Notes: generated from the sequence alone by a model not told the origin. 64,000 nucleotides of DNA from Felis catus (GCF_018350175.1 NC_058383.1:1178001-1242000), one strand, 5' to 3'. Shown: positions 36,600-48,895, counted from the first letter of the stretch. A program made the numbers and translations.

Positions 36600-37205
36600 T
36601 TCTCCTGACACGAAGTCCTGGGGACACACAGAGTCACTTCTGTGATGTCACTGGGGAAAACGCTCCTAGTCCTGAGGGGTCTTCTGCAAAGTAACCAGCA
36701 GCACTGGAGAAAACGTCAGTGTCTCGAAAGACAAAGACTGAGTTGTCCCAGAATGAGGGTGACTAGGGAAACATGGCTGCTAAGTGCAGCGTGAGGCCCG
36801 GGACAGGACGTGGACGTCGGGAGGACAGTGAAGGACGTCGGGGCCACTGTTCTTCATGCTGTGCTGTGCCGGGGCCAGCCCACACGGGCCTGCAGGAGTT
36901 GATTGTTACATCTTCAGGGATTTTGCAAGCCAGTTGTAAATTACTGAAATTGGCCGTGGTGTGAGAATTCACACCACGAAAATCAGCTGAAGGCACAAAG
37001 CGGAGCCGGCGTCCCCTCCCCTCCTCCCCCTCCCCTCCTCCTCCTCCTCCTTCTTTTTGAGAGATGGTGTGCGAGCACCCTACCGGTTCTGTGAGATGCG
37101 ACATTAGGGGAAGCTGGCTGAGGGCAGACTGGAAGACTGGGCACTTTTCCGCAACATTCTGCAAGTCTGAAGTTATTTCAAAATAAACAGTTGAAAAATA
37201 AAACA
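36600..37205 (+). mobile_element. L1MC-like 3' end fragment containing a nested MER63A
   Basis: cacttctgtgatgtc...gaaagacaaagactgag...actagggaaacatggctgctaagtgcagc; ends ctgaagttatttcaaaataaacagttgaaaaa. Confidence 0.7.
36860..37010 (+). mobile_element. MER63A-like hAT element
   Basis: gattgttacatcttcagggattttgcaagccagttgt...gaaattggccgtggtgtgagaattcacaccacgaaaatcagc. Confidence 0.7.
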
Positions 37206-37424
37206 ACTCTAAAATCAGAGACTGAGCTCATCTCCTAGCACACCGATCCCTGTCTCCGTCTCCTTCAGAGGTGTCAGACACCAGCCAGGCCTGACCAAGC
37301 AGGCCTGGTACCCCACCCTCTTTCTTGGAACAAAATCTTCCCTCAGGCTCCAGGGTAATATACCCCCCTTGTTTTCTTCTCCTCCTTAGTTCCTTTCAGT
37401 CTTTTATACAAGCTCTAATTTCAC

Positions 37425-38160
37425 TCATTCATTCATCTATCCATCCATCCACCCATCCATCCATCCATCCCACCCATCCACATATCCGTCCATTCCCACC
37501 CATCCATCCATCCACCCATCTGCCCATCTATCTATCCATCCATCCATCCTTTAACCATTCTATCCCCATCCATCCATCTACCCCCTCATCCATCCATCCA
37601 TCCACCTATGCACCTACTCACCCACCCATCCGTCCATCCACCCATCCATCCATCCCACCCATTCATCCATCCACCCATCCGTCCATTCCTACCCGCCCAT
37701 CCATCCACCCATCTACCCATCTATCCATCCATTTAACCATTCTATCCCCATCCATCCATCCATCCATCTACCCACTCATCCATCCATTCATCCATCCCAC
37801 CCACTCACCCATCCATCCATCCATCCATCCATCCCCACCTGTCCATCCATCCACCCATCTGCCCTTCTATCCATCCATCCATCCATCCATCCATCTATTT
37901 AACCATTCTATCCCCATCCATCCATCCATCCACCCATCCATCCGTTCATCCAACCATCCATCCATCCATTCCTACCCACCCATCCATCCACCCATCTGCC
38001 CATGTATCCATCCATCTATCCATTTAACCATTCTATCCCCATCCATCCATCCATCCATCCATCCACCCATCTGCCCTTCTATCCATCCATCCATCCATTT
38101 AACCATTCTATCCCCATCCATCCATCCATCCATCCACCCATCCACTCATCCATCCATCTT
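37425..38160 (+). repeat. Degenerate (CCAT)n tetranucleotide array with higher-order structure
   Basis: About 735 bp of ccat units punctuated five times by tttaaccattctatccccatcc. Confidence 0.95.
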
Positions 38161-38199
38161 TCCTTCCCTCCCTCCCTCCTCGTCTCTCCCTCTTCCCTC

Positions 38200-38800
38200 C
38201 TCTACCATTTATTGAGCAACTTAAATGCATGGCATTGTGCTAGTTCATTGTTCAGTAATGAGACAAAGGCCCTGACCTCATGGAGCTCATATGCCAATGG
38301 GCAGGGCGGGGGGAGCAAGCAAACAGGGAAAGAAATCTATGAATTATACATGAAGGAAGGGACTATGTATTAATGGGATATCAGGGGAAGAGGACATTTA
38401 CTCAGGTGGTCAGGAAAGATTCCTCAGAGAGGTGTCATTTAAGCCGAGACATGAAGGATGAAGCAGAGACAGTCACGTGTGGTCTGGGGGAGGGTATCAC
38501 AGGCAGAGGGAACAGTATGGATAAAGGCTGGGGGGCTGTGAGGAGCCATCATATTCAAAGAGCAGACAGAAGGCCAGGGCGGCTGCAGGTCCTGGGCAGA
38601 GGGGAGAGGGCAAGGGGTCAGGGGCCCGACCCACAGGGGCCAAGAGGCCTGGGGACAGGTGGGGGTTGTCTTCTGTGTTCAGTGGGAAATGTTGGGGGGT
38701 GTCCATCATAGGAGTGCCTCGGTAAATGCTCACCAGGTTTGCTGCAAGGAGAAGGCTTACAGTAGCTGGGAGACCACGGGGAGGGTGCTGGAGGCGTCCG
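38200..38800 (-). mobile_element. LINE-2 remnant
   Basis: catttattgagcaac...ggcattgtgctag...ccctgacctcatggagctc...gtggtcaggaaagattcctcagagaggtgtcatttaagccgagac. Confidence 0.75.
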
Positions 38801-39344
38801 GTATGGGAGCTCAGAAGCTGAGGCCGGGCTGGTGGGAGAAGCACGGGGAGCCGGGCCTTGCTCAGGGGCAGGTCCCAGCGTCCTGGCTCGGCAGCCAGGT
38901 GGGTGGGGACATGGGCGCGAGAGCAAAGGCGGGGGGGCGGAGGCATCGGCTGGTCCTCGGGAGCCCTGGATGCCCAGCGCACATCCAGACAGAGACGCCG
39001 AGTCACCGGCTGTAGATGAGCTTTGGAGGGGCCGCGGGCATAAAGTCAGGAAGTGTCAGCGCACAGACGCCCCCCGAGGCCCCCTCTCTTGGCACATCCC
39101 AGGGGCCCTGAGTGTTACTGCACCTTCCCAGCTCCACCATCAACTCCAGGCCTGTGACCACCTTGTTTACCGTCTGCTCCAGGGACACGGGAAGAGTCGA
39201 AGGGGGTTGGACCGTGTTGGGTTAGACCCTGACATCCGAGGGCTGCACCCGCTGCGTGGCAGACAAGTCCTTGAAACCACCCATCCCCAGAGGCACAGTG
39301 AGCTGGGGGGCCCATTGCCAGGGGGCGCTGGAAGCCAAGCCAGC

Positions 39345-39950
39345 CCTGGAAAGTAATTTGGCAGTGTGAAGTAAGCACTGTGGAAATGCTCGGCGCCTTT
39401 GACCCAGCAATGCCACCTCTGGGATGCTCTTCTAAGGAAATTATCCAAAATATGGCAAGAGCGTCAGGCCCGAAGATATTCACCGCAACGTTATTTTTAA
39501 CGACAACAAAAAAATTGGAAGCTGCTGAAATGTCCAACAATCAGGGAGCAGTTTAGTAAATTACAGTACACACACTCAGTGGAATACTAGACAGTCATTA
39601 AAAGTGATAATTATGAAGACTGGGTGGTAATGTGCAAATGCATCTACAATGTCACGTTGAGGGAAAGCAGCATATAGAATTATGTGTACATTAGGGTGCA
39701 ATGATGTAAAAAACATATGATCGGGAGAACGCCTGAAAGAAGACAGAGAGGCCTGAGGCCGGGGTGGTGGTGAGGTGGGGACACAGACAATGACTACCTT
39801 TCCTGGGTTTTGACTTTTCTATAAAGTATGACATCACCGAGGTAACTAAAAGTACATAGAGTTGATGCAGGCTGGCGTAATTATGGGGACATTTTATGAC
39901 TTCTCTGTGCTTTTCTGGCTTTTCCAAATGTTTTCCTGGGAAGACGATCA
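39345..39950 (+). mobile_element. L1ME-like 3' end fragment (still AT-rich)
   Basis: ctggaaagtaatttggcag...tttgacccagcaatgccacctctgggat...aaatgtccaacaat...gtaaattacagtacacacactcagtggaatact. Confidence 0.8.
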
Positions 39951-40545
39951 CTTGGCCCTGTGATGGGGAGAAGATGGAATGGGGCTAGACAGGATCAGGG
40001 TGGCTAGGGGAACACCACCCCAAGTGGGGGCATTGCCATTCCCACCTTCACAAGGTCTGTCTGGCGATGATGATGGTGGTGGTGATGGTGATGGAGGTGA
40101 TAATGGTGATCACGGTAACAAGAGCCATAATTTAATCAGCACCCATTACGCACCAGGCCTGTGCTAAGTCTTCCAGATAAGCTACTTGGTGGTGGGTACT
40201 GTTTGATCATTCAGCAGGTAAAGGGGGGAGCTGTTGTGTAACCCAAGTCCATCAGGTTACCGTCAGGTTCCAGGGCCTGAGCTGGACCAAGGCCGGTGGG
40301 AGGCTGTAGGGAGCTAGGGCTGGGGTCTGTGCGGTGGAGGTTGCCAGAGGGAAAGGAAACACGGGGGACAGTCCGGCTATGGCCCCTCCATCCAGAGGTG
40401 GGTTCAGGCCAGCAACACAGAGCACTGAAGGCACTGGGGCAGAAAGTCCTAGGGGTGCAGATGACTGGAGCTGAGTGGGGGGCACCCACCTGCTCAAAGT
40501 TCCTACTTTGCAGATGGAAGCTGAGACCTGGAGAGGGGCAGGTGG

Positions 40546-41061
40546 TGTATCAACCGTGTTTTTTTACTTTTTGTATTTTACGATGCTTTGATACGCCAGC
40601 GGCCTTGCTGGCCGGGGAGAAAATGCCCTCCCTGGGCTGGCCAAGCTTAGGGGTAGCAGACCGTCCCCTGAGGTTATGTCTGCTGCGTAGAAACCAGCCA
40701 GTCCAAGCCCACACCCCAACCCCTCTTCTGTCAGGTTCCCACACCCCAGCCCAATATTCCCCCACCCTAGGTCACCTGGGGCCAGGTGCTGGGTAAGAAC
40801 CAGTCACTCAAGAGCCCGGAGCCCGTCGAGGCTCTTGAAGCCGCCCGACCCTAACCGTGCTCAGCTGCTGCCTCCGCCTTTCCCTGAAAACCAGGATAAT
40901 GCCGTGGGCCACGCTCCACCCACCACTCCTTCTGCCTCCACCAGCCCAGCCCTGCTTCCCTGTGTGGCCCTGCAGGGCCTGCCCCCCTCCTCTGGGGAAA
41001 TAAAAAATGGCACGCTCTTGTCAAAGCAGCGGTCTCAGCCTTACCATAACCGATGAAAACA
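40546..41061 (+). mobile_element. MER74-like ERVL solo LTR
   Basis: Begins TG (tgtatcaaccgtgttttttt...gatgctttga), ends aaaaCA; colinear with the recalled MER74A consensus; adjoins a MIR core at about 40500-40545. Confidence 0.8.
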
Positions 41062-41694
41062 GACCCGGTACCGATTTCAAGACGGCAGGGACGGCCCAGG
41101 GTCACGGGACAGGGCAGATGGGGCTGCGACGTGAGACTGCTCTCCGGCTCATCACGGAGGTGCTGTGATGGGGTGAGAGAGGGGTCTGCTGTGGTCCCGG
41201 CGCGAGGGGGTGGGCTGAGGGCAGAGGGAGGAGACACGTGCTTCTCAACCCTGCTCCTCTCTGGCTTCTGGGTGGAGCCAGGGGTGGGTCCTTGGCCGGC
41301 TCTGGGCCTCCTCTGTGGCCCTGAGGAAGGAGGGTGATGTCATGACACCCAGGCCTGGGATGCTCCCGAGCTGAGGGCCGGGTCACAGGCGGGCCCTTAC
41401 TCATCCTTGTCCCTTTCCTAGGGCAGCCGCTGCCCTGCTCAGGCGACAGAGGGCAGGCAGGGTCAAATGCCGGGTGTCGGGTGTGTGGGCCGAGGACAGT
41501 AGCTGGAGCTGGGCCGTGGGGCAGTGGGGACCTTCCGTCCAGTCTGGTGGGGCTACTGGCCACCGGGGTGCCATCTGCCCCCGCCCAGCCACCCTTCGTC
41601 TGGACACAGCGCTCCGTCCCCCAGCAGCCTCCCCGGTGGTGTCGGCTCCAGCACAGCCACAGCCAGCCCTGCCGCCCGACATTGAGGCCTCCCT

Positions 41695-41795
41695 CCTGTA
41701 ATTGGCAATTTTGTCATATTTATTCACAACAGATCGGACTGTCGGGAGCTTGCTGGGCTCTCCGGAGGCCCGCCGTGAAATCGGTTTGAAATGGC
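41695..41795. promoter_or_regulatory. Small candidate conserved element
   Basis: gtaattggcaattttgtcatatttattcacaac: homeodomain, MEIS and POU-like motifs. Confidence 0.35.
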
Positions 41796-42619
41796 GTGTT
41801 GGGTTGTTCTCTCCCTGCTGAAGCGACCATCTGGCGGACGGACCAGCGGCTGGGCTGATACACTGACCTCGGGAGCCTCGGCTGAGCCGCTCCCGGGGGC
41901 CCACATGCCGGCACGCCCCCGCCTTGTGCCACTCCTGACCTCTCTCATGGGCTCCGGGAGCCAGGCTGCAAGGAGAGGCCTGGGCAAGGAGGGTCGTCAA
42001 GGTGGGCTTGAGGCCGGGAGCTCCCGGGCAGTAGGCTGGCCTTCCGGGCCCTGCCAGGGCTGGCATCTTCCTAACAGCCCGGGCCCTCCTCCGGCAGGCA
42101 GAGCAGAGTGTGGGGCTGGCCAGAGAGGAGCTGTGCCTCCCCCACCCCACCCGGTCCTCGCCTGGGCACCGGCTTCCCCTGGGAGCCACGTGTGTTCCCC
42201 ACGCACCGATGTGTGCTCGGCAGAGTCAGAGTGGTTTCTGGATCACTCACCGTTCTGTCTGAGGACAGAGCTCGGGGCCACACACAGTCTTTCAGGGCCT
42301 CTGACTCCTCCCCTCCAGCGGCCTGGCCACTGCAGTCTGCGGTGAGTGATATCCTGGTGTCCCTCGGCTGGGGGGCAGGGGGAGGAGCCGGAGTCAGCCT
42401 GCAGGAAGGCCCCGGGGCCGGGACCGATCATGGGGACCCACCTGTTTGCAAGCAGGGAAACGTTTCTCCAGGAGCTGGGGAAGGAGTGGGGGCCCCGAGC
42501 AGACCAGACCAGACAGTGCGTTCAGTACCCTCCACGCGGGGCACCGAGATGTTTCCTCGAAGAAATATGTTACTTCAAAGATCCCATGGGACCACTTCAC
42601 TCCTGTTAAGATACTTAAT

Positions 42620-42742
42620 AGACACACATGCACACACACCCCTAATATATATATGCACACGCACATACGTATACACACCTAATGTATGTAACACACATAT
42701 GCACATCTAATATGTACACACATGTATGTATATACACAGATA

Positions 42743-42796
<54 letters not shown>

Positions 42797-42806
42797 CTAA
42801 TATATA
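42620..42806 (+). repeat. Compound (CA/TA)n microsatellite
   Basis: Degenerate purine-pyrimidine repeat with a pure (CA)n run at about 42745-42787. Confidence 0.93.
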
Positions 42807-43814
42807 GGCCCTGCTGTCTCTGCAGGGGAAAGTGATGAGGGAATGGGGGCCACGTGGGCATGGGCCGGGGAGACCTGACCTTGGGCAGAACGCACAGTGA
42901 GCCAGGACTTGGGGGCTGGGACAGACCAGAGCAGAGATGGCCTGCCGGGGACACCTGGTCATTTTTAATGGCGACAGCCGCACCAGAAAAGCCTCTTAGG
43001 TAGCAGCGAGAAATTGACTGGGTTGGGAGCGAAATCAAAAGCCAAAGGTTGTATGGGGGCGGCAGGCTGGAAGCCGGGGTTGGCCTGTCCATCCACGTGC
43101 ATCTGTCCACTTGTCCCCTGGGGAGTGGGGTTCTTCAAGGTCTGGGGAGGTCTGGGGTCCGAGCACTGGCCTAGGGCCTGTCTCAGGAGCCCCTGTGTGG
43201 GGGTCGAGGCACCTCCCCAAGAGGCTGGCCCTGAGCTCCCTGGCCCCGCCGTTCATCTCCTATCTGGGCCAGAGCAGGGCCCAGGCTGGACTGCTGCCCG
43301 AGGGTGGCTCCCCTCACCCACCCCAGGGGGGACTGAGTGATATCATAAGCCACCCCCGGGCTCTGGTCTGAGCTGGCTGGCCAGGTGGCCCCGGACAGGA
43401 CAGCTAAGTGCCCGTGTGGCCCTCAGTTTTTCCCTCTGTACGATGGGAGGAGAACGAATCTACAGAGTGGGGAGCATCTCCGTCCCTCCCGGCCCTTCTG
43501 GAGCAAACGGGAAAGGTTGCTCCTGGTCCAGCGGGGCCCGGATGGAAGACGTTAGGTGCCCTCGGCCTGGCCCCATGGAGAGCCCCCTCCCCTGCCCGAG
43601 GGGAAGGGTGGGCGAGGGCTCTCTCCCCATCACCATGCTAAGTAGGTGTTTGCATGTTCGAAGCTCTGAGGCGGGCTGCTATTTTCCTAAGGATTAGGAC
43701 CGGCCACAGCAATTTACACAGCGATGCCCTCCGGCTGAGGCGCCGCGGCCTTGCGGGGTGGGCAGAGGCCCTGGCACCGGATGGGGGCTGGGGGCTGACG
43801 CACACCACCTGCCC

Positions 43815-44098
43815 CTCCGGCCACCGTCCCTACCCTGCAGTGCCCCGAGCACGGGGAAGGCGCGTGGGATCCGGCTCATGCTGGCGCTCCGAGGGCACGC
43901 GGGGTCCCACACACACGGGGGGAGACGGTCTGCTGGTGTTGACTGCCTGCGGAGATGTCACGTTTCGGATCTGTCGGGCTAAACAAAGTGCATCACTGAC
44001 GGTAATGTCTCCTGCTTCTTTGGCCTTTTCCACTCTGGCTCTTAGAAACAAGTGACGTACCGTGTGGCTCGTGTGACATTTCTCTGCACGTCAGCACG
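43815..44098. mobile_element. MER33-like element, strongly GC-shifted
   Basis: gggctaaacaaagtgcatcactgacggtaatgtctcctgcttcttt...tggctcttagaaa...gtgtggctcg...atttct is colinear with the 18.5 kb copy. Confidence 0.6.
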
Positions 44099-44625
44099 TC
44101 TGCTTTCAGTGACCTCAAACCAGTCACAGGGCGTCCCCGAGCCTCTGTGTTCTGCATCTGGACACCTGGAGGCTGAAGGGCAGGTTGGGAGTAGGAGCAC
44201 CCGGGTCCCTAGGACCCATAGGAAACCCATAGGGTGTCCTACAAGGGCGCAGCCTGAGCAGAGGGGTGGAGGGTGGAGGGTGGCTGCAGGGGCAGGTGGG
44301 TGGGAGGCCTGTGTGGAGCGACGGGTGCGGGCTGGCCACAGCTGCAAATGCCAAGCTCCAGAGGCGAGAGTTGGGGTCGGGTCCCCTCCTCTTCGATCTG
44401 GTGACTTAGTTGACCGATAGGATGTGGCGGGCACGCTGTCTGGACCCCCGAGCTGGGTCACGAGAAGGCCCACAGCTGGTCCTCTCCCACCTCTCAGGAC
44501 CTTCTCTCTGGGAGCCTTGCTGCCACAGAAGAAATCGGAGCCCCCTGGGTACTCAGCCCAAATGTCTCATCTGAGCCCAGCTCTCCATCTGTCCCCACCT
44601 CAGCACCCGCAGATCAGGCCCACCC

Positions 44626-44830
44626 CAGGGTACCGCCCCTGGGTCAGTCCCTGACTCAGGGCACCGCCCCCTAGACCAGCCGTAGACCCAGGGCCCCAGC
44701 CCCAGCCCCAGGGCACCTCCCCAGACCAGCCCCAGCTCCAGGGCACCCCCTCTGGATCATCCCTGACCTAGGGCACCCACCCCTACCAGCCCCAGCCCCA
44801 GGGCACCCCCCCCAGACCAGCCCCAGCCCC
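44626..44830 (+). repeat. ~30-bp GC-rich minisatellite (about 7 units)
   Basis: cagggcacc...ccagaccagccccagccc units start at 44626, 44657, 44689, 44709, 44739, 44769 and 44799. Confidence 0.85.
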
Positions 44831-44844
44831 ATCCTGGCACCCAG

Positions 44845-45000
44845 ACCCAGAATTGCTGGGTGACCTCGGATGACAGAGAGAAACAGGAGTCACGTGGCTG
44901 AGCCCTGTCTGAATTCCTGACCCCAAAGTAGGGAGAGATCACAAAATGGTTACTGTTTTAAGCTGCCAAGTTTGGGGGCGGTTTGCTACCCAGCAGCAGC
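44845..45000 (+). mobile_element. MLT1 (ERVL-MaLR) LTR 3' fragment
   Basis: ctgagccctgtctgaattcctgacccc...aaaatggttactgttttaagctgccaagtttgggggcggtttgctacccagcag. Confidence 0.75.
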
Positions 45001-45094
45001 CCGCGGGAGCACAGTGATCCATCACTCTGTGCCTCAGACTCCGTCCCAGCCCCAGCAGGGGTCCCGGTGCCGCCCTGCGGGGCGGAAGGGCCCG

Positions 45095-45760
45095 GTTCAG
45101 ACTTGCAGGTTGCACGGAGCTGTCTTGGTCTGGTCGCTGTCCTTCAATCTGGCCTTCGTGACCCGGACACCTGAAGTTCGCAGACCGTTTCGTGGGGTTC
45201 CCCTGCCTCGATCTGCTGTCTCTTCAGCGCGAGGTTCACGGTTAGGCAGTGGCAGCACGGGACGCTGCCCAGGGGCCGGCTCCTCTGCCGTGCATCCTGG
45301 GGAGGCCCTGGTTTCGTTTTGTCCCTTCTTCGCTTTGACCGCTGAGGGACGGCGTGCCTGCCAGGACGCTCCGCCATGAAGCTGTTTTCTCTGTAATTAG
45401 CGTGTGCTTGTGAGGCGGTGTTTTGGGACCGTGAACACCCTGGTTGTCATCAGAGTCCCCGTCTATTCACGTATGTGCTTTCTCCAGTTTGGACGTGGAT
45501 GCCACTTTTGCTGGTCGAGATGAAACCTACTCACATCATTACCCACGTCGATGTTGGCGTCGCCCCAGGCTGGCCGGTTGGAGCTGGTGCCTGATGGTCC
45601 CATCCCTTCCTGGCAGAGGGCATTCTGGCCCCTCTCGTCCCCTCGATGCCCAGCCCCGGGACTGACATTTCTTCAAAGATCTCTGGCTCCTTTCGCAGGG
45701 GAAAGGGGGCTTCCAGACCAAGGATCAGGTTCCGAGTGGGCGTGTTGCTCCCCGGCGTTG
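45095..45760 (-). mobile_element. L1MC-like 3' fragment, GC-shifted
   Basis: ccttcaatctgg...ttcgtgacccggacacctgaag ... catttcttcaaagatctctggctcctttcgcaggggaa. Confidence 0.5.
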
Positions 45761-48559
45761 CTGCCCCAGGAGGGTTGGCGGCTGCAGCTCAGTGTCACCC
45801 AGAGACGGCTGAGAGGACGCTGGCAGGACGGGGGCCATGGGCCCCACGGTAGACGTGGGCCACATCGGCCTCTTCCTGTCCACACTGGCCACGCCTGCTC
45901 CTGCTGCCCCCAGACGCGCTTCACCAAGGGCCCAGACGGTGGCCCCGAGGCAGGTGGAGGTCCACCCACCTGAGTCACCAGCACATGCACCCAGCACGAG
46001 TCCAGGGCTCAGGGAGCAGGGAGGGTGCCCGAGTGTGCAGCACGTGCACGTGGACAGGCTTGTTCGCGTGCACGCCTGGGAGTGGGTGTGCACAGTGAGC
46101 CCTCCCCGGGGCATGTGGGTGTTTGTGATGCGTGTGGTTTGGCGTACCTGTGGCGTGTGACCACGTGCACGCCGTGGAGGGAGCCGGAGGGTCCGGGGGG
46201 GTGTGTGGGGAGGTGCCTGAGGGTGAAGGCTCGCACACGCGTGCTTGTGCGCAGACCCAGATGTCCACGCGTGTGTGCATGCACAGGCCTGGGTGTGAAG
46301 TGCGCCCGCCGGTTCCTAAGGTGGGAGGCGTTCGGTTTCTGTCGGAGCGCCCATGTGCCTGGATGTGTGTGCTCACATGTCGTGCTGTGGAAAGGAGGAG
46401 GCAGGGGGCCCTGGGGGCCCCGCAGAGCCACTCTGTCCCGACCCCACGAGACGTTGACCCCATGCCCCAGCCCCTCCTGACAGCTTGGGCTGAGGTTTGG
46501 CCTGGCCCCAGCACAGGCTTTGCTGGGAGTCGCTGGGCACCCTCCATGGTTGCCGGGGCCCTGTCTGTTGGGCTCAACCCCCTGGGATCGTGGGTGGGGG
46601 GCGGAGCAGGAGGAAGCTGAGAGGCCCAGAGAGGGCGATGGGCTTGCATGCTGCCCTCGCGGGCTCCTGACCACTCTGGTGTCAGCAGTGGGGTCCCTCT
46701 GTCCCGACCACAGGAAAGATGTCTGCTCTGGTCTCGTGAGGGACCAGCTGCACAGCTGGGGCGAGTCTCTGAATCTTGTTCTGTTTCTGCAAACCCGGGC
46801 CCTGGTGCAGTCTTACTGCTCAGGGCCTGTGGGGTCGGGGGACCCTGGAAGCAGGCCTGGGGGTTGGGAGGCTGCCTCCCTCTGGGCCGGAGCCTTGGGG
46901 AGCCTCTGCTCTCTCTCCTCAGCCCCGTGGAGCGAGGGGGAGGGGCATTGATCCTCAAGGCGGGGGGCCGTCCGTGCAGGCAGGCGACATGTCCCCCATC
47001 GACCGACCGCACCGCCTGCTCTCTCCCTCCGAGCTCCGCTAACGAGCAGATCTGATGGTGCCGCCGGGCCTAATTGGCAGGACGGGCACACGCGTGCCTG
47101 TCTGGGAGCCCAGCTGCCGTGCCCACCCCAGCTCGAGCAGCGTGAGGGCCCGGCATCAGCGTCCCGCCCCTTGGGCTGCAGTCGGAGGCCAGCTGGTTTC
47201 CTGGAGGAAACACCCACAGCGGGGGTCGTCAGCAGAGATGTCAGTGGGGGGACGGGCCAAGTAGTGGGGTACCCCGAGGCAGCCTCTGGTCCCCCGCCCC
47301 GCATTAGGGATGGCTCCCATAAGCTCAGAGGCAGACTGGAACGGTCCCACGGCCGGTGGGGAGTCAGTCAGGAGGGTGGGGGCACAGGGACGTGGTGAAG
47401 GGACTTGGAACCCTGGCACGGGAGGCACGGGAGGACGCGGGGAGGATGAGCTGCCACCTAAGTGGGTGCCTTGGGGCAACAGCTGCGGGTGCCAACACGT
47501 GGTCACTTCCTCATCACCTTTGCTGCCCTGCCCTTATGGGGATGAGGTCTTGCCCACTTCCCTTGGGAGCTGTTGCCAACGTGGGTAAGTGAGGGACGGT
47601 GGATAAAGTTGGTTGTAAGGTAGTGAGCTGCCCATCACTGGGGGTGTGCAAGTGGGAGGTCTGAGAGAGGACTCCTGCTCTGCGTGAGGCAAGAAGGCTC
47701 TAGAGTAGATGTGACAGACCTCAGAAATGTCCCTGGGGGTCAGCCGAGCATAGGGCTAGGACTGACACAGGAAGCTGGGTCCTTGTCCCTGGAGGCTTCT
47801 GAAAGGACGGCCTGCAAGTCGGAGGACCCAGCTGGGCTCCTCGCCTGCTTGGCCTGGGGCTCTCCTCGTCCCAGTCCCAACCCCCAGAATCCAGCCCCCT
47901 CCGGGAGGCCGGCCACCACCCCAGCGCTGGGTCCAATTACAACCGACACCCACCAACCTGTTTCACAGGTGGGGACGTTAATGCCCAGAGGACGGCAGGA
48001 CTGACGGCTCCCGGGCACCAGCCCGACCCTTCCTGCCCCGCTCCCCAGTGTTCGTGCCCCCCAATATTCCCTGCAGGAGTGCCCCACCTCCCACAGCCTG
48101 CCTGGCCCTCTGCGCCCCAGGCTCTGTCGCTACAGGCGAGCCAGGAGCTCTTGAGCGGAAGGAAGGGGGGGCAGCCCCCTCCGAGCACTGTGTGCCAGGG
48201 AGGCCCCACCTCGGACGTGGGCCGGCCCTGCGGCTGCACCCGCTCAGAGAGCTGATCGCTCCCCCCGCCCCCCCCGCCCCAGCCGAGGGCTCTGCCTCCC
48301 GTGACACCGGCTGGCAGCCCGAGGCCTCACACGGCGGAAACCGGCGAACGCCGCATCGTCCGTGGCTGTTCTGTTCCCATGTTCCGGAGGAGAACACTGA
48401 GGCCCAGAGAGAAGCGGCGTGCCCGGGACCCGCCGCCTGGCCAGGGAGGACCCAGGAGGACCCAGGAGCGTGGGCGCGGAGCCTGGGGCCGGCCGCGGGC
48501 ACCCTGGGCGCCCACCAGCCCAGACAGGTGTGCGGCCGCCCCACCCACTCCCGGCCCGC

Positions 48560-48895
48560 TGGCCGTAAATCAGGCCGCTAATCTTTCACCATCCGCCGGC
48601 CTCTCGCGGGCGTGATGGATGGGCTCCCGGCCTCGCCGACTGCTGCGAAATCACTCAGCGGCCAGACAAGCCCTAAATCTGGCGCACCGAGTGTTGAAAG
48701 GAGGGATGTCTGTTTTCATAACCTACCTCAGTTACAATAAATATTTAAAATGCGCATTAACATGCTCTCGCTGCACAATCGGCCTCTGTGGCCCCGGCCG
48801 CGCAGATTTAATTAGCTCCGGGCTTCCCCCACCGGCCGCGCTCGCCCGTGGACGGAAGGGCCCTGTTTTCTTAAACTCCCGGCCGCCATAAATAC
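48560..48895. promoter_or_regulatory. Candidate conserved non-coding element in CpG-rich context
   Basis: gtaaatca (48565), ctaatc, caataaatatttaaaa, atttaattag, gccataaa. Confidence 0.55.

Noticed and set aside
37325..38215. 296-aa His/Pro/Ser/Ile-rich ORF
   Set aside because: Translation of the (CCAT)n array
39312..39330. CTCF-like ccattgccagggggcgctg (also 4501-4517)
   Set aside because: Each mismatches a highly conserved position of the CTCF core, and such words are common at this GC content
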